A stretch of 63,252 nucleotides of DNA, filler included, from Octopus bimaculoides (lineage: Eukaryota), in NCBI RefSeq assembly GCF_001194135.2. It is 6 parts of 6 records of this genome, joined end to end, with 100 filler letters (N's around TTAATTAATTAA, not from the genome) between each part and the next. Parts side by side here need not be neighbours in the genome. Positions count along the whole stretch, not along the records: positions 11,787 to 42,516 come from NC_068990.1; 5 more parts are not named here. One strand, given 5' to 3'. How positions within the stretch are numbered: position 1 is the stretch's first letter; each line of letters begins with the position of its first letter. Position numbers and translations under genes: made by a program. Below the pieces are notes generated by a model that did not search any database, was not told where the DNA came from, and saw only the letters and a list, made by a program, of their open reading frames with translations. Shown here piece after piece: positions 25,334 through 36,200 of the stretch.

Positions 25334-26933
25334 GAGAGAGAGAGAGAGAGAGAGAGATGAGTTGGGATGCACCCTCAAGTTACAGAGACGTATATATGAG
25401 TGAAATGGTAGAGGACTGGATAGGGTGAGTGGGTAGGTAAGTTCTTAACAGTGCAAAAGGAAAATGAGAGATAATGGGGTGGGGAATGTAATGAGTGAAC
25501 ATGGGTGGAAGGAAGGGGGTTAGGAAAATGAGTTGCAGGAGTGAGAAACTCATTAAGGTGATATATAAAAAAAACAAAAAAACAAATGTAAAACTTTCTT
25601 ACCAAGAGGGTAATGTAAGGGGCTGACATTCCACCTAGTCTTCCAAGACATGAACATAAACCAAAAGCAGCATTGCGTATAACTGTGGGCAGTATTTCTG
25701 ATGCTATGTTACTAATAACAGTGGATGCTCCAGAGACACTAAATTTTCCTATTAATGCCAAAAATATGGTCAGACCAAACAAATCTGAAATGTAACAGCT
25801 AAAACTATAACCTGTAATAATCTGAAGATATTTCACTTACATTTAATTTCAAAAGTGGCTTGGATGTGTCCAAAATTTCAAGGTGCCACACTGTGAGACT
25901 GAACCTGCAAACTATGTGGTTGCAAAACAAGCTAAATTATGTAAGCTTAGTACAAACTTTGCTGTGTCTAAGGAGAGTCATTATACCAATATTATTAACA
26001 CATGCACAGGTTCAATTCCACTCCTCTATTATAAGTTAATTGGCTAGTTGATATTTAACCTATTGACTAATAATAAAGGAGTGGAATTGAACCAGTCTGT
26101 GTGTTAATAATATTAGCATAATGACTCTCTCTAGACACAATAAAATTTGTTTCAACACACGAATTCACATAAAGAATCTTGCAAACCAGATACAAAAACT
26201 TAGTACAAACCTTTTCCCCAAACATACACAAATGATGATGAAACACATGCAACTCCACATAATAATATTAATGAACAATAAAGAGGTTTCCTTCCCCATC
26301 TATCCAGAGTGAAATAAAGGAAAACGTAGGCTGGAAACTCCACAGCAGCAAAAAGAAATGTACTGAAATATATGTTTAAGCCAAGTTCTCCAATACCAAA
26401 CAGGAGTCCAAAAAAAACCATGTTCACAACTATCCTGTAAAAGAGAAGCAAAATAAACTAGTTCAATATATTCTTCAACTTTTGATACAAAACTGAAAAA
26501 CAAAATAAAATATAATTGTAAATGATGAGAAACTAAAATATTGACTAGAAAAATATTCTTGTTTATAGCAAATGGATCCAATAAGTACTTGTATTCTCTA
26601 ATCATCTTTAAGTGTAATTCATTAGTTCATTTGTTTTATGTTTGTTTTCCATGTGAGCATGGGTTAGCTGAGTATTTATTATCGAAACATTATTTTAAAG
26701 CTAGATACCTTTCATGTCTCTAATCCTTGCCTTATTTTAAATAAGGAACTGTTTATTTTTAATTCCATTAATTCCATTTGTCTTTGAAAAGATAGAGGAC
26801 AATTTGTTGACTGGAAATGTCAATTTAAAGTCACTATGTTTTTGCTCTATGCTTTCATTTGAAGATGCAGAATATAAACATTCACATGTACACGTACATT
26901 TGTAAATCATGTTTATGCATACACACACACACA

Positions 26934-26986
<53 letters not shown>

Positions 26987-29900
26987 GTATGTATGTATAT
27001 ACATGGTAGGTCCGATAGGATAAGATGTTCCAGATATTTACCTTAGAAAGTAATTCTACTGACAGTGGCTATCTGAAAATTGCATTAGGAGAATATCCTT
27101 TTATGAAACTTGCTTCAAATAAACAGAAAATCTGCAAATTCCATTTACAGGAATTGAACCTATGATCTTATGATCATGATTGGTAATCATGAGATTACCA
27201 GTCTTACTGTCTATATAGAAACAAGAAATAAAGATAAATTTCTAATCTGTCTAAAGTTAGAGATATCTCACTGGTTGACAGAATGTTAAAATTAGTAATG
27301 TTAAGTTTCAGTTTGAATTCAAAATAAAATTTAATGGAATATTACCTACCAGTTGAAGGAAATTATTGCACATCGTATTAATAAAACTCTTGATTTGAAC
27401 AAATGAAAAAGACTGACTTTTTGAGCTGGTTTTGTTTGGTCCATGATTTGAGGTGTTGTTTCCTGACTTTGCTGCAAGGAAGAAGGAGTAAAAACAGCCT
27501 TATTTCTTTTGGCAATCTTTTCAAAAAGATCTTTTGCCTCCTCAACTTTACTATTGGAAATTAACCATCTTGGTGATTCATCTATGATGCTGAAAAGAAG
27601 AAAAATGTAATAATTTATTAAGAGTTGGTTGTTATTTTCATAATGTCTTGATAGAGGAGAGGAGAGAAGGTCTGTGGCCAAGTGGTTAAAGTGGAGTAGA
27701 TGATCATTAGATTATAGGTTTGATTCTCAAACTTAATAATGTATTAATTCCTTGAGCAAGGCAATTTCTTTCATGTTGGTCCACCTGACTGAAAATGAGG
27801 CCTAGCAGCAGCTGGTGAAATGAGCAACTGACTGATGTCACCCTTCTTACTCTGTCTAAAGTCTACTTTGAACCAATGGGCACATAAGATGTGAGCTTAT
27901 CTGAATTTCCAAGGGGTTTATACGACACAAAGTACAAAACCCATGACCCATTTTTTTCAGGACCTCTGATTGTAGTGGGAAGAATTTGTTGAAGTATAGG
28001 ACAAAACAAATTAATTTTTTCTTATTTATTCCTCTGGAATTTTGCTGGGCTTTTTGAGAACTTTCTTTTCCTTTTTAAGGCTTTTAAAAAAAAAATCTAG
28101 TCCAACAATTAAAAATGACATTCTAGAATTTTTGTAAACAACATTAAAATGTTGTTTCAACATGGTTGCAGTTCAGTAACTGAAACCCCTTTCCCCAAAG
28201 TAAAGGAATAGACAAATAAGCATTCTTCATATAATTTACAATGGACGGATAGGTGTTCTCACCTTGTTCGTTGTTACCACGGCATTTTGGCTGATGTACT
28301 CTCCAAACTTCATCAGGTATTCTGGTGGAATTTCAAGCCCAACCCTTTATTTGACTAATGGAGAACTCATTTGGTAATAACAAACAAGGTGAGGACATCT
28401 ATCCATCCATTGTAAATAATGTACATAATTTCTCATCCTAGAGATATAGAAAAGCATTCATTCATCTGTTTATAATTCTCAAAGTGATACGTTTCCAGAG
28501 GATAAAGAATATCCTTTTATCTTTTACTAGTTTCATTCACTGGACTGCAGCCATACTGGGGCACCACCTTGAAGGGTTTAATCGAACAAATCAACCCCTA
28601 TATTTAAATTTCTTAAAGCTTGGTGCTTACTCTATTGTAATGGTAGTGGGACAAACAAAGATCACACATGCACATACACATACGTATGTATATGACAGGC
28701 TTTTTTCAGTTTCCACCTACCAGATCTACTCACTAGACTGATTGACTCAGGGTTATAACAAAAGATAACCGCTCAAAGTACCATGTAGTGGGATTGAACC
28801 TAAGACCATGTGGTTAGGAAGCAAGCTTCTTACCACACAGCAATTCCTGCATCTTAGTAGATTCTTCTTATCTGATCACAGGTACAGCACTGCGTATTTG
28901 GCCAAAGTACCTCACTCTTTCTTTTTAAGTTTAGTTTACTGAAAATTAGGTCCTACAGCAACAGTCTTCAGACTGGGCTACACAAGAGAAATTGTGGAGG
29001 ATACACAAGTTTTGTAGAAACACTGGACTTTTGAAGTAATCACAAATGCACCTCATGTGTCCACTTATCTGTGTAAATAGGGATTTTCAGCAATCTGTAA
29101 CCAAAACTAAATTTCTCTATAAAAAAATGGAATCTTTTATTGAAACCTTATCAATGATGAGTAAGAAATTAAAATTAGAAATCTATTAAAATTTACAGAG
29201 ACATCAAACTGTTCAAAGAAGTAAACTCAATTACTATATAAGTCAAAGTTTTCACACTATAATTACTGCCCCAAAAAGGTAGGTCAACTTATATGCCAAA
29301 ATGTCTTTGGAGAACCAAATATTCTATGTGAAATGCAGCAGTATTTGGAAAGATAGTCATAATGTTTGAATGTTTACACTACATGTTTACACTATATACT
29401 ATATCGACTTGTATACCAGTAAATATGCTATAGAATGCATCAAAATATTGTCTTGTAATTATCATAAGCTTTCAAAGGAGCAGGTATAGCTGTGTGGTAA
29501 GAAGCTTGCTTCTTAACCATGTGGTTCAGAGTTCACTCCCACTGTATGGGACCTTGGCAAGTGTCTTCTACTATAGTCTTGGGCCAACCAAAGCCTTCTG
29601 AGTGGATTTGGTTGACAGAAACTGAAAGAAGCTTGTCGTATATATGTGTGTATGTGTGTGTGTGTGTTTGTCCCCCACAACCACTCAACAATAAGTGTTG
29701 GTGTATTTACATCCCTGTAACTTAGAAGTTCAGCAAAAGAGACAGATAGAATAAGTACCAGACTTAACAAAAAGTAAGTACTGGGGTCAACAAAAAAATT
29801 TCTTCAAAGATGGTGCCCCAGCATGGCTGTAGTCTCATGACTGAAACAAGAAAAAGGTAAAAGATAAAAAATTTGTTCATTTTATATTCAAGATATTAAA

Positions 29901-31926
29901 TATGAAAAGGAAAAATAATTATATAAACAAAGTCAACTTACAACCAATATAGGAAAAATGGTAGAAAAATAAGAGATGCAGCCAGACACAGAAGATGCCA
30001 ATCTCTAATCAAATAAGCAATTCCAGCCATTGCTATTTGACCCGTAGCAAATGCAATGTGACTGAACAAACCAACTAGAGATCTGTGAGAATGAGGTACT
30101 ATCTCTATGGCTGCAATGAAGTAAAAACAAGTATGTTAATATAAATTTAACGGTAGAGTTTTAAGACTTCATTAGTAAATGATCTGTTTAAATCCAAAAT
30201 TAGGTTCAGGCTAGAATATTGAAAAACAAAAACTATATAAAGGTTGGTAATAGGAATAAGTTTGCATGGCATGGTGTGATAGAAGAAACTATGGCATACT
30301 AGGTTATTTAGATGAACTAAGGAATAGATGGTTGCTAGAAACTGTAACCAAATTTCCCTCCATTTACATGTTTTCACTTAAAAAAAAAAGGAGCACATTG
30401 GATAATGTTCACCAATGTACAGTGAGTCTGAAAACGTTTGGATGGTCATGGCTGGAATATCTTCAATTGTAGGTTTGCCTGTAGTTACAACAAGGTAGAA
30501 TATATTGTGAATAATTTTGATATTGGAGAAAATAAATGTTTTTAAATTTGATTTTTTTTATAGTAATTGCTTTCAACATAGGTATGTGGGGAGGAGATTT
30601 TGTGGGGAGATAATTAAATTGCCCCAAAACTTGGTTGGTACTTGGTAACATTTGAACTTAGAACATGAGGCTGGAAGATATACTGCAAAGCACTGTCTCC
30701 AATGCTCAAACAATTCTGTCTTTATTTTTATCAACCTTGTCCAAACAGACCTATGATGAAAGGTGTGCTAACCACAGCCATCATGTCTAATGTAGCCTTC
30801 ATACTTTTTAGATGATGGAGTGTAAATTGAGGGAGATTTGGCTAAAATTTCTAGCAGGAAGAGCAACCATGTAAGAGCTCCCTTGTTAGCTTGTAATAAT
30901 AGTTTCGAATTTTAACACAAGGCCAGCAGCAGTTTTAGAGGGAGGAGGTTAGTCAATTACATCAACCCAGTACTTGACTGGTACTTTGTTTTATTGACCT
31001 CCCCAATAAAGAATGAAAGGCAAAGCTGAATTTGAACTCAGAAAAATAGAGTTGAAAAAATGCTGCGTATTTTGCCTGATATATTAATATATCTGCCAGC
31101 TCATTGCATTTTGCTGGCTTGTAATAATAAGCATGGAATGACTTAGAAAATTTGGAAACAGGCATGGCTGTATGGTAAGAAAATTGCTTCCTAATCACAT
31201 TGTTTTTTGGTTCAGTTCCACTGCATGGCACTTTGGGCAAGTGTCTTCTAGTATAGTATATATAAGTAATTTAGATTCAGTTGAATTAGGTAGTTGAAGC
31301 ACCAAGTCAGTCCGGTATTATCAGCACAGCTCAAAGGTGAATAAAATCAAAATAAGTAACAGGATGCCAAGTAGTAATGCAATACAACCATTTCAAGTGG
31401 CTCCATTTAATTGAATAATGCAATCATTACATCAATTTAAATACAATGCTATGTTCAGCTGCATAAATATGGATTTTCAACAGACAAGATATATTAATAT
31501 AAAGAATTTCATGTTATCACTGTTGTAGCAAGAATAGCTAAGAGAAAAACAACAATTTTTTGAGTGGCATGGAACAGAGTGAAGGTCATAGAGTTGTAAT
31601 TCATTTCCAATTTATCTATCTCCTTATCATCAACAAAAAAGTCTAAGAGTAGAAGACTGTATGTTTAGAATAAAGAGTTGACAGCTTATAACTGGCTGTT
31701 GGTCATAAATTTCATACTGTCACAGGTACCTTTCAACCACCAAGAAAAAGAAACAAAATTTTAGAAAGAGTCAATTAGATAGTAGTAAATTATATTAATA
31801 TATCTTTAGTCAAATATATCTTTAGTGCTGTATTTAAATTGATGTAATGATTGCATTGTTCAATTAAATGGAGCCACTTGAAATGGTTGTACTGCATTAC
31901 TGTTTTACATCTTGTTACTTATTTTG

Positions 31927-31961
<35 letters not shown>

Positions 31962-32034
31962 ATGTATGTATGTATGTATGTATCTATCTATCTAGCTAGC
32001 TATATATATATATGTATATATGTATACACACACA

Positions 32035-32077
<43 letters not shown>

Positions 32078-35000
32078 ATCTATGTGTGTGTGTTTGTCCC
32101 CCACCACTGCCAGACAACCAGTGTTGATTTGTTTACATCCCCTGTAACTTGGCATTTCAGCAAAAGAGACTGATAGAATAAGTACCAGGTTTTAAAATAT
32201 TAGTCCTGGGATAGATTCATTTGACTAAAAATTCTTCATGGTTGTGCCCCAGCATGACAACAGTCTAATGACTGAAACAAGTAGTAAAAGAGAACTATAA
32301 ATTAACAATCTATGACCTGTCTGCAATGAAAATGTTAATTCCATGTAAACATTTGAAAGGAAAATATAAACTATATATATATATATATATATATATATNN
32401 NNNNNNNNNNNNNNNNNNNNNNNNNNNNNNNNNNNNNNNNNNNNNNNNNNNNNNNNNNNNNNNNNNNNNNNNNNNNNNNNNNNNNNNNNNNNNNNNNNNN
32501 NNNNNNNNNNNNNNNNNNNNNNNNNNNNNNNNNNNNNNNNNNNNNNNNNNNNNNNNNNNNNNNNNNNNNNNNNNNNNNNNNNNNNNNNNNNNNNNNNNNN
32601 NNNNNNNNNNNNNNNNNNNNNNNNNNNNNNNNNNNNNNNNNNNNNNNNNNNNNNNNNNNNNNNNNNNNNNNNNNNNNNNNNNNNNNNNNNNNNNNNNNNN
32701 NNNNNNNNNNNNNNNNNNNNNNNNNNNNNNNNNNNNNNNNNNNNNNNNNNNNNNNNNNNNNNNNNNNNNNNNNNNNNNNNNNNNNNNNNNNNNNNNNNNN
32801 NNNNNNNNNNNNNNNNNNNNNNNNNNNNNNNNNNNNNNNNNNNNNNNNNNNNNNNNNNNNNNNNNNNNNNNNNNNNNNNNNNNNNNNNNNNNNNNNNNNN
32901 NNNNNNNNNNNNNNNNNNNNNNNNNNNNNNNNNNNNNNNNNNNNNNNNNNNNNNNNNNNNNNNNNNNNNNNNNNNNNNNNNNNNNNNNNNNNNNNNNNNN
33001 NNNNNNNNNNNNNNNNNNNNNNNNNNNNNNNNNNNNNNNNNNNNNNNNNNNNNNNNNNNNNNNNNNNNNNNNNNNNNNNNNNNNNNNNNNNNNNNNNNNN
33101 NNNNNNNNNNNNNNNNNNNNNNNNNNNNNNNNNNNNNNNNNNNNNNNNNNNNNNNNNNNNNNNNNNNNNNNNNNNNNNNNNNNNNNNNNNNNNNNNNNNN
33201 NNNNNNNNNNNNNNNNNNNNNNNNNNNNNNNNNNNNNNNNNNNNNNNNNNNNNNNNNNNNNNNNNNNNNNNNNNNNNNNNNNNNNNNNNNNNNNNNNNNN
33301 NNNNNNNNNNNNNNNNNNNNNNNNNNNNNNNNNNNNNNNNNNNNNNNNNNNNNNNNNNNNNNNNNNNNNNNNNTAATGAGTTTGTGCGTTTTCAGGATGT
33401 CATTCATTTTGGGATCTCTAGTTAGTAAAAGAAGATTTTTCACAATAGTGTTGAATGCCTCACTGTTTCTGGGGTTGTGTGTTGATATAAATAGTGGTGT
33501 TTTGAGATGAGGTGTGGTGTTATGTTTTGTTGTTCTTAGTGTTGATTTGAAATCGAAAATTTTGTCGATGTTCTCCTTCTAAATGATAAAACAGTCATCC
33601 AGGTATCTTTTCCAATTTTCTCTTATGTAAAGGTAAAATGGGTAACCATATTTCTGAAGTGATACTTCATATAAGGTGAATTCAAAATAACCCATTATTA
33701 GGTTCGCAAGAACAGGGACTGCTTTCGTTCCCTTCGCAATTCCGCATTTCTGATGATAGTATGTGTCATCAAACAGGAAATAATTGTTCTGAAGTATAAA
33801 TTTCAAAGATTCAACAATAAAGATCTGATTTATGCATTCCGGGAGTACTTCGGGGTACTTCCAACCAGAATTTAATTGCTTTTATTCCATAGTCACGTGG
33901 AATGTTGGTGTAAAGATTGATAACATCGAGGGTAACCAATATTGCCTCTTCATTAATTGTTTTTGGTAAGTGCTCTAGCATGTCTAAATTGTCTCTAATT
34001 AAACTTTTGATGTATTTCAGTAAGGGTTTCAGTAGGATGTCTAGAAAATTGCTTAGGCGGTGGGTTTCACAGGCTGGCCCAGCTACAATGGGTCTTAAAG
34101 TTAAGTCTTCTGGCATTTGGATATTTATGTATTTGCCTGGTGATTGTTTGCAAGCTTCATTGATTATCTTGCTCTTGTGTATTTTAGGAAGGCCGTAAAA
34201 AAGACTGGGTTTACATTTGAAGTTCGTGATGTAGTCTGTTTCTTTTTCTGTCAGGCCTTTTCCATGTAGAAGAATTAAGGCTGCAAGATTTTTCATTATT
34301 TTTTGTTGTTTATAGTTTATAACTTTTTCGTAGAAGGCCTCGTTTTCTAGTATGGATAATTCTAGGTTTTTATAGGGTTCTGTGTTCATCAGAACTACAG
34401 CACTTCCTTTGTCTGCTTCTTTAATTGTCAGGTCTTTGTCGTTTTGTAGTTCAATTAGATTTTTCCTTTCTAGATTGTTGAGGTTCGAATTAATTTTTTG
34501 TTTATGGGATGTATAAGGGAAATTTTGGATATGGTCTCAGAAGTCATCCAGTGTTTTATTTCTACCCTTATGTGGAAGGTAATTACTTCTGTTTTTGACT
34601 AGTGATTCATCTTCGTTGTTGTAGTCAGTTAGTGTTTCAGCAAGTCGTAGTTTTCTGCAGAATTCCGAAATATTGTCTTTAATTTCATTATGGTTAGATC
34701 TTTGTGGGGTTGGAGTAAACTTTAAACCTTTGGCTAGTATATTGATTTTTGTTATAGAGAGAGTTTTCTTTGATAAGTTAATTACTTTGGGTTTCTCCTG
34801 TAAGTTTTGTTCCAACGTGTGTCCCTGTTTCTCTCCACTTGGTCTAAAAAATGTTTATTGTAATTCGGTTGGTAGAAGTTATAATTGGTGTTATTATTGT
34901 TATTAATTAAATCAATATTATTACTACTTATTATATTGAGATTGCTGAGAGGTTGGTGTTGCTGTCTGGGTAAACTGGTTGGGAGCACGTGGTTAGGGTT

Positions 35001-35496
35001 TCTTCATTGGAATGAATTGTTGGGGTGCTTAATTATGTTTGGAATGCTGGGGAGCTTGTTGTGCTGTTTGGGTAAATAGGACTCTTGGATGTTTCTAGTC
35101 GCTGGGGAGAAAAAATTACTCCTAACTGTACGTTGGTTTATTCTAGTGTTTCTAATTGATGATTAGTCCCTGTTATTAGATATAGAATGGTTTACTTCTA
35201 GGTGATGGGTCAGTTTTCTGTGTTTGTGTTCTTTTGGATGTTGATCGTTTGATTTAGGTGGACATGTATTTATTTCTGTAGATGTATTTGTTCTTGATTT
35301 TTTTTAGGAAGGGGTTATCTGAAGTGTAATCATCAACTCACCAAGAATAAATGCAACCATAAAAATACTGGCTCCTGATGAACCAGCAAAGAAACGGAGT
35401 GTGGCAAGAGCTTCAAAGCTTCCAACAAAATAGAGTGGGAGGACTGTTACAATGCTGAGAAGAAGTGCTAAATAAAGAGACAACTTTCGGCCCTTC
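20022..35496 (-). CDS. SLC22-family organic ion transporter (MFS), six visible coding exons; 5' exons 1-2 and possibly a last exon not seen
   Basis: Exons 35496-35342, 30110-29942, 27589-27350, 26434-26211, 25784-25603 and 20177-20026 splice in frame with canonical GT-AG sites; motifs (R)KGRK, EIVPHSHR, AYLIRDW, DESPRWL, DRWGRK, SEILPTVIR, PETLGENLPDTIE. Confidence 0.93.
20026..20177 (-). CDS. SLC22 exon (TM12 + PET motif), 152 nt
   Basis: tatttcag|SNYIPTEFGKSLPLILFGVAALVAGFLSLALPETLGENLPDTIEDGEKFG-AG|gtaatt; unspliced it reads AGG TAA (stop at 20024-20022). Confidence 0.9.
20600..20800 (-). mobile_element. SINE family C
   Basis: Minus: gtggttagggtgttggactcatgatc...ctccagttcactcagctggcaaaaatgagtaacc. 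Confidence 0.65.
21374..21597. mobile_element. Short TTAA-bounded non-autonomous DNA element (piggyBac-like)
   Basis: TTAA-ctctttaacatt at the left end and gaattctagagga-TTAA at the right end; termini are degenerate inverted repeats. Confidence 0.4.
21726..24250 (+). mobile_element. Ty3/Gypsy LTR retrotransposon, degenerate, lacking most of RNase H and all of integrase
   Basis: TG...CA termini with 5-bp TSD GATAC (21721-21725, 24251-24255); shared LTR segment cagggattggtagtagcag...ggtaggtgaact (about 21892-21995 and 24126-24225); gag from 22091 with two CCHC knuckles (22686, about 22750); protease DTG at 22906; RT VDLKSAYLQ...GFGLNSAP...YTDD (23807-23818); polypurine tract 24081-24104. Confidence 0.9.
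24910..25380 (-). mobile_element. RTE-type 3' UTR/tail with internal (GA)n
   Basis: Homologous to 12078-12500; (GA)n at about 25249-25357. Confidence 0.7.
25603..25784 (-). CDS. SLC22 exon (TM10-TM11), 182 nt
   Basis: catttcag|(D)LFGLTIFLALIGKFSVSGASTVISNIASEILPTVIRNAAFGLCSCLGRLGGMSAPYITLL|gtaaga; phase 1 in, phase 0 out. Confidence 0.92.
26211..26434 (-). CDS. SLC22 exon (TM7-TM9), 224 nt
   Basis: cttttacag|(W)IVVNMVFFGLLFGIGELGLNIYFSTFLFAAVEFPAYVFLYFTLDRWGRKPLYCSLILLCGVACVSSSFVYVWGK|gtttgt. Confidence 0.92.
27350..27589 (-). CDS. SLC22 exon (central cytoplasmic loop), 240 nt
   Basis: cttttcag|(F)IIDESPRWLISNSKVEEAKDLFEKIAKRNK...KVSLFHLFKSRVLLIRCAIISFN-TG|gtaggt. Confidence 0.92.
28234..28440. 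mobile_element. Inverted arrangement of a Penelope pLTR-like unit (46-bp inverted arms)
   Basis: 28234-28279 and 28372-28417 are inverted repeats (5 mismatches in 46); 28234-28345 aligns at roughly 70% to 44008-44115. Confidence 0.65.
28510..28850 (-). mobile_element. SINE family A, CpG-decayed
   Basis: gactgcagccatactggggcaccacc...aggcttttttcagtttccacctacc...gcaagcttcttaccacacagc. Confidence 0.7.
29478..29860 (+). mobile_element. SINE family A, full length, CpG-decayed
   Basis: gcaggtatagctgtgtggtaagaagcttgcttc...internal (TG)n...gatggtgccccagcatggctgtagtctcatgactgaaacaag. Confidence 0.8.
29942..30110 (-). CDS. SLC22 exon (TM5-TM6), 169 nt
   Basis: cttcattgcag|(A)IEIVPHSHRSLVGLFSHIAFATGQIAMAGIAYLIRDWHLLCLAASLIFLPFFLYW-TT|gtaagt; too short for the ORF track. 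Confidence 0.92.
31345..31929. repeat. 107-bp inverted repeat pair (about 91% identity) with 371-bp spacer
   Basis: 31345-31451 versus the reverse complement of 31823-31929; 10 mismatches by hand alignment. Confidence 0.85.
33374..35310 (-). mobile_element. Penelope-like retroelement, N-terminal and RT region, frameshifted
   Basis: VINLSKKTLS...LAKGLKFTPTP; DLTIKEADKGSAVVLMN; FYGLPKIHK...LRPIVAG; LVTLDVINLYTNIP; QKCGIAKGT; WKRYLDDCFII (YLDD at 33605-33594). The 3' part runs into the N gap. Confidence 0.9.
35342..35496 (-). CDS. SLC22 exon (TM3-TM4), 155 nt
   Basis: ctgtttcag|G-KGRKLSLYLALLLSIVTVLPLYFVGSFEALATLRFFAGSSGASIFMVAFIL-G|gtgagt; phase 2 in, phase 1 out; not in the ORF track. Confidence 0.92.
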
Positions 35497-36124
35497 CTGA
35501 AACAGAATAGAAATTAATGGAAGTTAGTATAATAATGGTAAAATAATTATTGCAGTTGCAGTATTCAAAACATAAGCTAACCATTCAGAAACATGCAAAA
35601 GACCATTAACTTCACTTAAACATCTATTTGTAAAATGGTGTTAAAGTTTTTGGCACTCAAAAATGTGATCTATTCACTGATGTAAAATTCTGTTGCATCT
35701 GAAAATTTTTGAAAATGCAGTCATATATATCACTTAGGATTTTAGTGTTTTTTAAGGGGCGGGGTTGCTGTTGTTTTTGCTTTTTGAGCATGAAACTCTA
35801 GAACTTTAAAATTATGAAAGCAAAGAAAGAGAGAAGGAGGAAATACTTAAAATTATAGGCTATGTGCTTATCCCAACACCATTAGTACTGTACTTATCAT
35901 CTTAAGTGTTTCAGTCTTTTATGCCAGCATGGGTTGATGGTTTTTTGGCAGTTGTTTTATGATGGTTTCTAATTTAGGGACAAAGTCAACATTTTTGAGG
36001 GCAGTGGATTAATTGATACCATTAAATACAGTTCATGACTAGTACTTATTTTGTCAACTCAAAAGTATGAAAGGCAAAGTTGACCTCAGAACAACACCCC
36101 TAATCATCCTGCCAGTTCAACACC

Positions 36125-36179
<55 letters not shown>

Positions 36180-36200
36180 TAACAATAATAATAATGATAA

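Noticed and set aside
32285-32322. Strong minus acceptor followed by TGHRLLIYSSLLL, resembling the SLC22 155-nt exon start
   Set aside because: It runs directly into a SINE tail and a stop; coincidental.
32310-33510. 300-400 aa ORFs made of X (also 44756, 47433, 60387)
   Set aside because: They run through N gaps; no real coding evidence.
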